Source: Octopus sinensis (Eukaryota). Taken from it: a stretch of 49,590 bases of DNA. The notes under the pieces are model-generated. The model saw nothing but the letters and a program-made list of their open reading frames with translations, searched no databases and was not told the DNA's origin. The stretch spans positions 1 to 49,590 of the forward strand of contig NW_021834353.1 of the NCBI RefSeq assembly GCF_006345805.1, written 5' to 3'. Positions 13,352 to 25,668 of the stretch are shown here, piece by piece. A program made the position numbers and the translations under genes. Numbering within the stretch: the stretch's first letter is position 1; each line of letters starts with the position of its first letter.

Positions 13352-13603
13352 AATAAAAGGGAATTTTGTAGAATCTTCGTTCGGCTCCATTTCTTCCCTT
13401 CACTAAATATATAAAACTTCAATTATCCGCGCTAAAGCACGGGGGCGAAACCCCATGGTCGTAACCTCAACCGTGTCTTTTCTGGTGTGATTTTTGCTAC
13501 ACAGGTATCGGTTAAATTTTGAATAATCCGTAACAAGATAATTCATTTATCCATTTCATTAAATATATATATATATATGTGTGTGTGTATGTATGTATGT
13601 ATG

Positions 13604-13634
<31 letters not shown>

Positions 13635-13654
13635 GTATATGTATATATATATAT

Positions 13655-13880
13655 ATTCTTTTACTCTTTTACTCTTTTATTTTTTCAGTCATTTGACTGC
13701 GGCCATGCTGGAGCACCGCGTTCAGTCGAAAAGATCGACCGCGGGATTTTGTAAGCCTAGTACTTATTCTATCGGTCTATTTTGCCGAACCGCTAAGTTA
13801 CGGGGATGTAAACACACCAGTATCAGTTGTCAAGCGATGGTGGGGGACACGCGCGCACACAAACATACACACACACACAC

Positions 13881-13923
<43 letters not shown>

Positions 13924-13931
13924 ATATATAT

Positions 13932-13980
<49 letters not shown>

Positions 13981-14214
13981 CGGGAAGCTTTATGAAAATA
14001 GACAAAAGACGAAGGCAGGTGGAAAACAAACAAACAATTGTATTAGTATGGCGCTCAGGAAATATAAATAAAACAAGTCTTTAACACGCCAGGCTTCTTT
14101 CAGTTTTCGTCTACCAAATCTACTCACAAAGCTTTGGTCGGCCCAAGGTGCCATGCAGTGGGACTGAACCCGGAACCATGTGCTTAGTAATCAAGCTACT
14201 TATCACACAGCCAC
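13655..14214 (-). mobile_element. SINE family A interrupted by a ~105-bp insertion in its microsatellite
   Basis: Tail 13655-13850, (CA)/(TA) tract, foreign segment 13981-14085, head 14086-14214. Confidence 0.8.
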
Positions 14215-15599
14215 ATATTTGATGAAGCACTAGTCTTTATTCAGTACGACGATCGTTTCGACCCATCGTGAAACTGTCCATTATGGGTAGGATATTGTGC
14301 ATCTAATTGTGTTGCATTAATCAGTGCAGTTTGTGTCACATCGGGTATGCATAAAGAAGGGGATGTATCAAAGCAAATTGAACAGCGAAATTTAATTTAT
14401 GCGCTTTTATAATATTTAATATAATAATTGAAAGTAATTACATAAATAGAATTTATGTAAAAATAAATTAATAGCTATCTAATTTTAATTGATAAGAATT
14501 TAAATATAATAGCTGATTTTTTTCTTTGCTCACGTTTATGAACTGTCACGCAGATGCTGTTTTTCGCTTTACGTAACGTACATTGCTTTGAAAAATTCTG
14601 ATATTTATTAATAATAAAATAGAAAATAACATTTACATGAATTTTAACACCATGTATTTTATTAAATGATAATGAGTCCACTCTTAGAGTTAAAAGTGTA
14701 CGATTCAAAATGTAAAACTAAATATTATTTTTATACCGTGTAGGTGTGATATCAGTACAGCATTTTTTTTATCAATTATATATATATATATATGTTATAG
14801 ACTTTAAAAATAAAACTATTATTCTCTAGAAGTTTCACACTCCATCATAACCTTAACGCACTTGATATTAAATTGTATATATGTAAAATATATACATCAA
14901 TGACTGAAAAGACACTGAATTTCTGTAAATCGTGGCCGTGAGTTTTGGCTGTAAAGCGGTCACCGAAGCCTGAAGAAGTCCAGTTGACTGACATCACGTA
15001 ATCTTGCAGTTTCGACGCTCATAACAGATGATTCTCGTCTGCTATGACATACGTTTGTGCTTTCATGCGTCAAACACCTATATGAGAGAACCTTACAATT
15101 TTAGTACCACAGTGTTTAGCCTTCTAACAAGACATCTACGTTAAGTCGGATATAAAGATTTAATTTTGGTACTAATACTGCTTCAGTCGCTAAATAATTA
15201 TTACGTAAAATATAATTTCGCACTCAATACAATGACAGAATTTAGAAAACTTATAACGCAAATTGGTAACAATGAAAAACTTGTAAATAACACCGCATTT
15301 GTCTAAGAGAAGAAAAGAAAACAATATGCAAATAAAATATCAACACAATATGTCAGGTAATAAAAGCACCAGTTTGTTTCACGATTAAATAAACCTGACT
15401 GAGTACTAATAAAAGTCTCTCTCGTGCTACATGTATTGCACTCAAATTACCCCCAAATGGAGTAAAAAAAATTTTGAAGCTCATTTGGAGTAATTTATGC
15501 CAGTCCCCCGATCCCCGTCCTATATGATAAATAAACTGTTTACTGTAAAATGAGAGGAATCAATAAATATATATTGTAAATAAGAAATAAATAATATTG

Positions 15600-16090
15600 T
15601 GTAACACGATCTTTGACCTTGGGTAGCAGTTGTTATTTCCTATTTGCTTACTCCTAGAAAGTATGAAAAATGGCTAATATTTCTTTCAAAATTTGGTTTT
15701 GTTACATTTATCGAAACTGCAAAGAATCCTTCTCAACACATGACTATGATACTCCCCTATTACTCCTGCTCATGATCAGAGATGCACATCTTGTGAACCA
15801 CTAAGGGACATGCTCAAAGGATTAATTAAGCTCAAGCAAGTGACAAGCAAATTTGTTGTGCTGAGGAGAATATTTGCTATAACGATACTTCTACTTCAGC
15901 AACTCAGCACTGAATCTGTCTGAAATGTAATGGAAAATAGGTCAGTTTCCAGACATTGATGTTCAGATCACAAAAGAAGAGTTTGAAGGGAATGGTAGTC
16001 ATTTGACTTCTAAATAGAAGCAATGGTAGTCATTTGACTTCTAAATAGAAGCAAATAGGAAGTAACACTTACTCACCAGAGACAAAAAAT
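15600..16090. mobile_element. Probable MITE with imperfect inverted ends and a 31-bp tandem duplication
   Basis: tgttatttcctatttgctt (~15632) vs aagcaaataggaagtaaca (~16049); aatggtagtcatttgacttctaaatagaagc twice (15991-16052). Confidence 0.45.
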
Positions 16091-16366
16091 AATAAAAATA
16101 TTGTTATATAGTGTAATCTACACTTTCGTTTATTTTAAATATACAAAAACTAATTAGAAATAAGCATTTAAAAAACAAAATAAAATATTTCCGTTATTTG
16201 TAAATAACACATCCACACAAATATAAGTGAATACATACATACATATACATCCATGTATGTATATGCACACGTATAAACATACACACATGCATAGACGCAT
16301 ACATACGAATACATATGCATGCTAACAATACAAACATTCACATAAAAATATGTCTAGGTCCTGATG

Positions 16367-16415
<49 letters not shown>

Positions 16416-16794
16416 CAAACAACACTTTCTAAAAATTGCTGAGTGGATACTAATAAAATTCGGATAAATGACATGCAAAATAGAATTATCTATAAATTAA
16501 ATGATTCAAATGGGTTAATAAAATACAATAAAATGAAAGAAAAGAAAATAAAAGTAGAATCTTAAACAAGAAAATAATAATTGCATATAACAGTCGAAGG
16601 TTTTTTCTAAGAAGTATGTCGAAATATATACAATAACTTTGCGATGCGAAATACAATAAGAAAAAAATCCAACAGTGTGATTAAAAACTAGTCCAAGATT
16701 CAAAAAAATATACTCTATCCATATGGTATATTGCTAGCCGACATTTTAAATTTAATTGCGTATCTGCAGAAATTCAAGAGTTTGCGTCTTTGAT

Positions 16795-17390
16795 TTAAGG
16801 AGTTATTGTCCTTGAAAAAAAAAAATATTTTTCCAGCAGGCATAAATCACATTTGATGGGTCTTTTATGAGTACCGTGCCTGTAAGGTGCAGCTCTATCT
16901 AAAATACTCCATGTGACGTTGAAAGGTCGAGCTTCTTTTTCTTTTAATTCCCAGACATATTTTGCCAGGCTGGTCTTCGTCCTATTTTCGGGGTATCTGA
17001 AGGAATTTTTATGCGAATAAAATTGGGTTGTAAAAGAATTTTCAGAAGCCCCTGTATAAGTTCTATATTCGCGTGAGCCTTCTATCTGCACCTTGGCTCT
17101 ATACACGATTTATTTTTCCAGAAATTTTCCTTCCAACGGACAGGAGGCTCCATCTTTGAAATTGCAACTTTTAAAAAGAGAATCGGCACTATGATTATTA
17201 GCAATTATCCTACTGCTGTGCAGGTTAATAAAAGAGACGAAGTTTTCCCAGCAAGAATAGCTGATCTTAAGCGTTCTTCTATTAAATATTCAGGTTGAAT
17301 GGTCAGGTTGAAAATGTCAAGAGACTAATTTTAAGAATTCCCTACCTATATTTGTTTTTACAGCCATAATTGAAAGCTGGGTTAAACTAC
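16795..17390 (-). mobile_element. Penelope-like element 3' fragment, GIY-YIG endonuclease (pseudogenised)
   Basis: C..CPLEG linker, VYRA...YTGASENSFTTQFYSHKNSF...SLAKYVWELK...WSIL...CDLCLLEK matches the PLE GIY-YIG; frameshifts upstream. Confidence 0.85.
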
Positions 17391-17397
17391 AAAACCG

Positions 17398-17419
17398 ATA
17401 GATAGATAGATAGATAGAC

Positions 17420-17485
<66 letters not shown>

Positions 17486-17502
17486 GTAGATAGACAGATA
17501 AG

Positions 17503-17573
<71 letters not shown>

Positions 17574-17617
17574 GTAGATAGATAAACTTACGAGGTGTTC
17601 AATCGTGTAATAATATA

Positions 17618-17665
<48 letters not shown>
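17398..17665. repeat. (GATA)n then (TA)n microsatellites
   Basis: Direct observation. Confidence 0.95.
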
Positions 17666-17667
<2 letters not shown>

Positions 17668-17670
<3 letters not shown>

Positions 17671-17930
17671 GGTGGTATGTTGTCAACTTAATGTGGCAGT
17701 CCCATGAAAGGGAAGAATACAACTGCTATTTAGCCCTAGGAAGCACCGCTTCCTGTCGGCCATGACACATTTCCTGTCCTTATCTTTACAAAAGGGGAGA
17801 TAAGCACATCCATCCAGCAAATCCAGCATTAAGAGACTAGTTTCTGAGTCATTGCTCGTCATCAGTCTGGAATAGCATGGCTTGCTAGCTGTCGATGCCT
17901 ATCTTCCTCTGTAAACATATAATTCAAGTG
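17668..17930 (-). mobile_element. Penelope pseudo-LTR-like segment carrying a hammerhead
   Basis: Colinear similarity to 46150-46275 (cccat..ggg, tagccc.aggaag, gacaca, aaggggag); lies 5' of the GIY-YIG fragment on the same strand. Confidence 0.6.
17832..17868 (-). ncRNA. Minimal type I hammerhead ribozyme motif, intact core
   Basis: aga-CTGATGA-c-gag-caatga-ctc-a-GAAA-ctag-TC^-tct: palindromic stem III (ACTAGT), GUC triplet; stem I extends with bulges. Confidence 0.75.
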
Positions 17931-18007
17931 AAATACATTCACTAATTTCAAAAATAGAAATAATAGATTTCTAAATCTCTCAGAGATTTAGAAATATATT
18001 ATTCATA

Positions 18008-18403
18008 CAGGAGTGGCTGTGTGGTAAGTAGCTTGCTAACCAACCACATGGTTCCGGGTTCAGTCCCACTGCGTGGCATCTTGGGCAAGTGTATTCTGCT
18101 ATAGCCCCGGGCCGACCAATGCTTTGTGAGTGGATTTTATAGACGGAAACTGAAAGAAACCTGTCGTATATATGTATATATATATATATGTGTGTGTGTG
18201 TCTGTGTTTGACCCCCCCAGCATTGCTTGACAACCGATGCTGGTGTGTTTACGTCCCCGTCACTTAGCGGTTCGGCAAAAGAGACCGATAAAATAAGTAC
18301 TGGGCTTACAAAGAATAAGTCTCGGGGTCAATTCGGTCGACTAAAGGCGGTGCTCCAGCATGGCCGCAGTCAAATGACTGAAACAGGTAAAAGAGTAAAA
18401 GAG
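18008..18403 (+). mobile_element. SINE family A
   Basis: caggagtggctgtgtggtaag...ggcggtgctccagcatggccgcagtcaaatgactgaaacagg. Confidence 0.9.
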
Positions 18404-18459
18404 TATATATATGCATATGTTCATACATATATGTACGTACTTATGTATATATATGTATG

Positions 18460-18890
18460 TATATGCATATATGGGTACAGGACGTTACAAAACGTAAACA
18501 ACATAACATGAAATGCAAAGACAAACTTGGGTATGAGAAACAAATGGAAAAAAAAGACAAGTAACATAACGGCCCTCCCTGTTTGTTTTCGTTTGCTTTG
18601 TAGTATGTTCTGTTTTTGTTACCAAATTTGACCCTCCACCAATCCCAAAATTTATTTTGGTTCCTCGAAGACACGTATTGTCGAAAATTGCTCGAAATTT
18701 GGAGTAGATAAACAGCCGACAACTGATGAAGGGTAGTTCCTTATGTTACTTGTCTTGTTTTCAATTTGTTTCTTTCGTTGTTCACATACCCAGGTTTGCC
18801 TTCGTATTTCATGTTTTCGTATTTCGCAATTCATGTTGTTTTCTTATTTCATGTTGTTAACGTTTTGTGACGTCCTGTACCCATATATGC

Positions 18891-18895
<5 letters not shown>
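18460..18895. mobile_element. pLTR-like element with ~110-bp imperfect inverted ends
   Basis: atgcatatatgggtacaggacg.acaaaacg (18463) vs cgttttgtgacgtcctgtacccatatatgcat (18861-18892); internal ctcGAAA...CTGATGAaggg. Confidence 0.6.
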
Positions 18896-18936
<41 letters not shown>

Positions 18937-19221
18937 ATGTGTATGTATATATATATATATATGTATATATATATGTATGTATTTATATATATGTATATAT
19001 ATATATATATGTATATATGTGTATATATATATATATATATAAATATATATGTGTATATCTATATGTGTATACATATATATGTATATATATGTGTGTATAT
19101 ATATATGTATATATATTTGTATATATATATGTGTATATATATATATGTATATATATATGTGTATATATATATGTATATATATTTGTATATATATATATGT
19201 GTATATATATGTATATATATA

Positions 19222-22200
19222 ATCTTTCCGCTAACTCATTTGACCTTGGATGGTATGGCGGAGTTAACACATGCTTCTTCTGAACCGACTTACAGAATCT
19301 TTCGAAATCCTTCGCCGTGAATTGTGTACCATTATCTGACACGATCGTATCTTCCAAGAAGTTGATAGTCACACTTGTGCTTGGCTTTGAACATTTACAC
19401 ACTTCAGGCCATTTGGAATAGCTATCCACCACAATGATATAATAAGAGCCATTTATTGGTCCTGCGAAATTCACATGTAGTCTAGACCATGCCGAATCCG
19501 TTTTTGGCCACGGCTGAATCTGCACAGGGGGTGCCTTTGCTGGCCTAGCGCATCCCCTACACTTTTGCCAGTCTCTCAATTTGCTTGTCCATATTCGGCC
19601 AATAAACGTAACTTCTCATAAGGCTCTTCATCCGGACAATCGCCGGACAATCCCATGATGTCCAACATGAAAGTCTTTTAATACTGTTTCGCAGTGCTTC
19701 AGGTATTACCACTCTTTGTGCATAATAATACTGCATCACATGCTGAATAGTGCTTTGAACCTGCGTCCCGCTCATTAATATTTTTCGTGTTACACAACAT
19801 TTTAAAAATCTTATTTACGAACCTATCATTTCAATTTAATTGCTTCCAGCGTTACCAGCAAATCACGTACTACATTGCACAAAATGTTCTTCAGCTCCAT
19901 TTCTAGTTTTAACGATGCAATCACCGTGACTTCAAAAGGTTTCTCATATTTTGGAATTAGCCTAGACAACCCGTCTGCGTGTCCCATTTTCATTGATTGC
20001 AAAAACTCCATCTGGAAATCGTAGTTCAACAGAGTAGTCCCCCAGCGCTGTAAGCGGTTTGCTGAGTGCGTTGGGATACCCTTTTTCGAACCAAAAATAG
20101 ACAATAACGGTCGGCGATCCGTCTGAAGTGTTAACTTCCTTCCATGTAAGAATTTATGGATTTTTTTTTTACTGCGAAGATTAATGATAACGCCTCTTTT
20201 ACAATCTGGCTGTAGTTTCTTTCTGCTGGTAATAGAACTCCCGATGCATGTGCAATAGCTTTGATTTTACCATCATTAAATTTATGCAATATCACAGTTC
20301 CTATACCATATTCACAGGCATCCGATGCTACAATTATTTTCAGATTTGGGTCGAAATGAGTTAATGATAACTCTGATGTTAACCGCTTTTTTTAATTCCT
20401 TGAATTATTTCTGATATTCGTTTGTCCAGCTCCATTTCGAGTCTTTCTTTAGCAACTTATTCAACTGAGCTCTTAGCTCATACATTTTAGGTATGTACAA
20501 CTGGTAATTACTTACTAAACCTAGAAATGCTTGTAGTGTTGTTTTGTTAGTGGGAGCAGGCATTGTTTTTATCGCGTCGATCCTAGAAGGGTCCGGTTTT
20601 CCTCTGTTTTCATCGATCACCTGTCCTAAGTACTTAATTTTTGTCAAGAAAAATTCACATTTATCCTCCTTTACTTTGAACCCGTAATCACATATTCTAT
20701 ATGTTCAATATGTTGGTCCCTTGATTCACTTTTGATCAATATATCATCCAAGTATGGGACCGCGAACTCACAGTCTGCTAGCATAATATCCATCACTTGC
20801 TGAAATATTGCTGGTGCGACTTTTACCCCAAATGGCAGTCTTTTGAAATGGTACAGACCTTTATGAGTATTGATTGTTAATACTTAGCACATTCTTCATC
20901 TACCAGTAATTGGAGGTAGGCCTCTGACAAGTGCAGCTTGGAAAAAAATTTCCTTCCATTGCACTTGGCAAATATTTCTTTTGGGTTTGGAAGTGGATAT
21001 TTGTAATTTTTTTAACAATCATTAAAACCAGTTGAGAAGTCCGCACATACTCTTACCTCGTTGTTGTTCCTTTTTATATATACCGTAGGAGCCGCCCACT
21101 CAGAGGAGCCTATTTTTGCAATTACTTCCATGTCTTCCAATCTTTTTAATTCCTTCTCAACTTGATTTAACGCCGCAAAAGGTACATTCCTTTTCGGTTT
21201 GAACACCGGCACCGCATTTTCTTTCAACTCAAACTTTACTTTAATTTTTTTACACAAAACGATCTCTTTCGAAAAAATATCAGAGTACATCTTTTTCAAT
21301 TTTAATTTCATTTTTTGTGATGCTTTCTCTGACACAGACTGTGACGCATTCACCTTGTTACATAATCAATTCAGTGATAGATCCCACAGGTCGAATCCTT
21401 CCATTAATTCTGTCCTGAACACATTCATTGTATTCTTAGATACCATTAGTTTACATTTCCGCGTCTTGTTTTTAAGTTTTATTTCTGGTGAAATTTCGCC
21501 CAAGAATTGAACTCGTTCCCCTTACACACCGTGGTAGTTTTTTTTTTTATACAACGGCCTGCCTATCTTACTCCATGTTGCCGTATTTATTATCGTTACG
21601 TTTGAACCAGTATCCAATTGCATTTTCGTCTGAAACCCATTTATTTCTACCAACACAAATTTTCGGTTTTGTCTGGTATAATTTACTTTTGTTGAGTAGA
21701 CTTTCTTCTGTTTTACCATTTTCTTTGACCGGCATTTCGTCTGTATATGTCCCATCAATTTTACCACACTTAAAACAGGTTTTATCTTTAAAGGGGCAAT
21801 CTTTCCTCAGATGTCGATCTCCGCAACCATAGCACCGTTTTGAATTTAAATTTTTCCTTCTTTCTGTAATTTCTTTACACATTTGTACATTATTATTCTT
21901 GTCTTCTGTCTTTCTTGTATCATCTCGAAGGTTTATTATTTGTTGGCATTCCTCAGCCATTTTCTCAAAGTGAGTTTCACATCTTGATTCAACTTTGATA
22001 ATATTCTTTTTCTAATTTCCGCGTCTTCCGTTGCCACTAGCCCTTTAACGAATATTAGGCACTTGAACATATCTGACGTTAATTCTTCCAGCTTAAACCT
22101 TTCGCAAGCCTTATTAACCATGCCGGCACAAGTTACAAAACCATCGGACTCGTTTGTCTTTAAATTTAAACATTCCCATCGAATGTTAAACTGCGAACTT

Positions 22201-22574
22201 TTCTCGCTAAAAATATTAGTCAAAATATTTATCGTTTCATCAAAACACAATTCCGCGGGCTTTATCGACAAAATAAAGTTACAAAAACTTTCGTGTTCCG
22301 GAGTAGCAAGCTTCCGCAAAAGGAGCCTTACCTTCCTTTCACTAGACCATCCCTTGCATTTCTCTCGGAATATGTCTTCGTATTGTCTATAATATGCAGC
22401 AAAAGTAGTTCCTTCATCCGGATTGTAGTGAAATTCTTCAATGGAATTTGCAACACCATCTGCTGAAAATTATTCTGTCGTATTTCTCGACTGCAGTAAC
22501 AATTCTGTTAACTTCTGTAGTTGCTGCTGCTGATGCTCTTGTTGTTTTACAACTGCTTTCAGTAACTCTTCCAT
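19222..22574 (-). mobile_element. Decayed Gypsy/Ty3 (Mag/K02A2.6-like) gag-pol
   Basis: Gag with CCHC knuckles (CYGCGDRHLRKDC, CFKCGK), protease LDTG, RT (WAAP, VRVCADFSTG, YLDD), RNase H (DACEYGIG, RLQRW), integrase ([38 protein letters not shown]); many frameshifts; truncated at (TA)n. Confidence 0.92.
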
Positions 22575-22603
22575 TTCAGTACTATTCGAATCCTCGTCGC
22601 CCC

Positions 22604-22716
22604 TGTTATATTGCACGTTCCGATGACCTCTACTTAACTCTCGACGTCTAGACTTCTCCCTCTATATCTACGTATTGGGCTAGCCTACTTCATCGTCTGG
22701 AGGTGTCCACACAACA
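22604..22716 (-). repeat. Putative short 5' LTR of the Gypsy element with PBS-like motif
   Basis: Minus strand TGTTG...TAACA termini, then GGGGCGACGAGG (resembles the TGGCGACGAG PBS of Mag-group elements) and the gag ATG at 22574; no 3' LTR to confirm. Confidence 0.55.
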
Positions 22717-22975
22717 GTTACCAACTTTGAGCTTCCGCAAAAATACTAAATTTTATTTGCTTTACGGGAGCAAATGTTTTGTCGAAGGCTTATCTTGTCG
22801 TGAATTGCTCGAAATACGAAGTAGAAAACAGCCGACAACTGGTGAAAGGTCGTTCTTTATGTAGCTTGTCTTGTTTTCCATTTCTTTCTTTCGTTGTTCG
22901 CAAAAAAAGTTTGTATTCCACGTTTTCGTATTTCATGTTGTTTACGTTCTCTGACGTGCCCCTATATGCATATGT
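22717..22975 (+). mobile_element. pLTR-like repeat abutting the Gypsy LTR
   Basis: Aligns to 18618-18890 (gttacc..., ttgctcgaaa, aaacagccgacaactg.tgaa.gg, ttgtcttgttttc). Confidence 0.6.
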
Positions 22976-23018
22976 ATATACAAATATATGTAAGTATGTA
23001 CATATATGTATGTATGTA

Positions 23019-23096
<78 letters not shown>

Positions 23097-23120
23097 GCAC
23101 TCACACATCGATAGATAGAT

Positions 23121-23168
<48 letters not shown>

Positions 23169-23170
<2 letters not shown>

Positions 23171-23553
23171 AGTCGTCGTTGACTTACGAGCTATCCGACT
23201 TACGACCAATCGACTTTACGACGATTGGCGCGCCAGCTCCCGGCAGCAATAATAAATAATCTAGTTGAAATCTAATGGGCTTAATATCTTAGAAATTAAC
23301 CCGTCTATGGATGATGTCAGCTAACAAACGCTTCCCCTAGGTTTGGTTATCGATCGCTACTGTGTTGCATGACAATCCTGTCGCGGAGACATTGAGGCAA
23401 CCTCATATTTGTTTATAAGACGAATGTTTGAGACTCCAAAATGTAAAAATATAAAACAAAGCTATATAGGCCTATAGGCCGACTTATGACCAAATCGACT
23501 TACGACCAGCCAGTCGGAACCAACTGTTGTCGTAAGTCGGCGACGACGACCTG
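23169..23553. mobile_element. Tc1/mariner-pogo (Tigger-like) MITE
   Basis: TA|gaagtcgtcgttgacttacga ... tcgtaagtcggcgacgacgacctg|TA inverted ends; internal gacttacgacc sub-repeats. Confidence 0.7.
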
Positions 23554-23715
23554 TATATATATGTACATATAGGTATGTGTGTGTGTGCGCGCACGCGCGT
23601 CTGTGTGTATGATGGCAAAATTCAGTTTATGAATTAACTCTAAGCAAAGTTTACTATCTTGGACAATAAGAGAAATATAACAAATACACAATAACAATGA
23701 AATTCGCTTACTTAC

Positions 23716-24421
23716 CTGCGTATTCGTTTCCAATTTCACTCCTGAGTGTTTCCGAAATATTTTTGTTGTCCATTTTGTAATGATCCGTTTTTGTGTCGTT
23801 AACAAATTCTTTTATTTCGTAGTGAAGAGTTTCCGTAACTAACTTACAAAATTGTGTAGAAATTGAATCGAAACCATCCCGATAATAAAGCAACTTTAAC
23901 TTTTTCCATTTATAGTAATCCATGGTGTATGCAATGAAGCTGGGAAGATAATTCAAGTTAGCGGGACCGACCCGGGTGAGTAAGGGGTATAATGTTTCTC
24001 TGGACTCGGAAAAATCCCTGGCCGTAGCACCAATACTTACTAGGGGTGTATTCCAGAATTTTACTTGGCGAGCAATTGGTGCAACTGCATAATTACAAGC
24101 AGGGCCAAAGAAGACATTTACAGATCTGTTCATGTACATGTCTATCGCTTGATTCATTGCTGTGGCAATAGAACAGCCTGAGTCAGCAAATATCACGGTA
24201 AAGTTAAAATGCTTTTTTAGATATGTATCCCGCATCAGCGCTTCGATGCCCAGTTCTAAGGCTGGTTTCATTCGGTCAATGGAAAATAAAAAAGTATTGT
24301 TCCGAGGGAGTATGGAGGCAATTTGAACTTCTGTTTTCGACAGACATTTGTGAAAACAAAATATAATAAAGAAAAATATGTTGAGTTTCATTTTATGGCA
24401 ACTGCGCCATAACCAATCCAT
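23716..24421 (-). CDS. First coding exon of a natriuretic-peptide-receptor / receptor-guanylyl-cyclase-like protein (signal peptide + ANF_receptor extracellular domain)
   Basis: Non-repetitive ORF with hydrophobic leader (MKLNIFFFIIFCF), ASILP, PALELGI, ADSGC, VFFGPACNYAVAPIAR...WNTPLVSIGA, YPLLTRVGP, YYKWKK; ends at CAG|GTAAGT donor (phase 1); polypyrimidine-CAG acceptor at 24500; start is ATG 24421 or 24391. Confidence 0.9.
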
Positions 24422-24744
24422 TGTGACTGGGATGGCGTCAATGAGTATGATTCGAATTAACTTGAACTATTGTTCCGAAACATATTTTAGCATCCTGACC
24501 TGTATAAGAGAAAAAAAAACTTAGGTTACAATTTGAATTATACTGATCATATTGCAGTTGTTGTTACTGTTGTATAGTCCTAGGCTAGACCTGACTAAAC
24601 GAACCCGAGAAGCCGTGGAATCCTATGTTTTAGGATGTGTATCTAGGCCTACATTATCCAATTTGACCTTTCTATTTTAACATACTACTGCATGGATCGT
24701 GGGAAATTTGACTGCTATTTCTAAAGCGATCGCAAAGAAACAGC

Positions 24745-24747
<3 letters not shown>

Positions 24748-24779
<32 letters not shown>

Positions 24780-25058
24780 CGACGACAACGACGATGATGA
24801 CGATAACAATGACGACGACGATGATGATGATGACGACGATGACGAGTGGTGAGGAGAAGGCAAAGCAGGATTATATTTTCATTATCAACCTATATAGAAA
24901 AGTGCAATTCCTATATTCTTCAAGAATCCTCAGAAAGATTCATGAGATTTTAAATAGACTTGTTATCCCTAACCCTCCAGAAGAAGAAGAAGAAGAAGAA
25001 GAAGAAGAAGAAGAAGAAGAAGAAGAAGAAGAGAAGAAGAAGAAGAAGAAGAAGAAGA
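24748..25058. repeat. (GAT/GAC)n and (GAA)n tracts
   Basis: Direct observation; these explain the poly-M/T/E/K ORFs. Confidence 0.95.
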
Positions 25059-25089
25059 ACGACGATGACGAACAGGAGGATGAGGTAAT

Positions 25090-25620
25090 AGGGAGGAAAT
25101 TTTATCAGGAGCCGTTAGTGTAACAGCAAGAGATAGGGAAACCAAAAACCAAATGTAGTTAAAGTCAGAAAAAAGAGCAAGATTATTTGACTGGCAGGAG
25201 AAGACTTTCCTTGGTAGATTTCCAAAGATAATTGGAGAAAATAGTAATAGTGAGAGATGGTTGTAGTTGCAAAAAGGGAGGCTGAAAAGGAGAGAATAAG
25301 CCTGATAGTAGCACAAGATTAGGCATTGGGGACTAACTAAATAAAAACCAGGCAGGTTGCTAATGTAGGTTACATAAATCAAAAGAAGAATTTGTTGCTC
25401 ATATACTTAGTGAATGTAGTATGTTGGCACAGAAAGAATACAAGAAAAAACATGACAACCTAGAAAGAATAATCCCCTGGGAGTTACGTAGAAAGCTAGA
25501 ATTTGACCATACTGGTAAGTGGCATGAACATGAACCAAGTAAAGTGCTAGAAAGTAGTAAATATAAGATGTGGAATTTTAACTCTCTGACAGTATATAGA
25601 ATCTAGAGAGCGTGATTTAC

Positions 25621-25668
<48 letters not shown>

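Noticed and set aside
14240-14292. Minus-strand acccat...atgggtc-GAAA-cgatcg-TC half hammerhead
   Set aside because: No CUGANGA box or stem I upstream
24746-25123. Poly-M/T/E/K ORF
   Set aside because: (GAT)n and (GAA)n repeats
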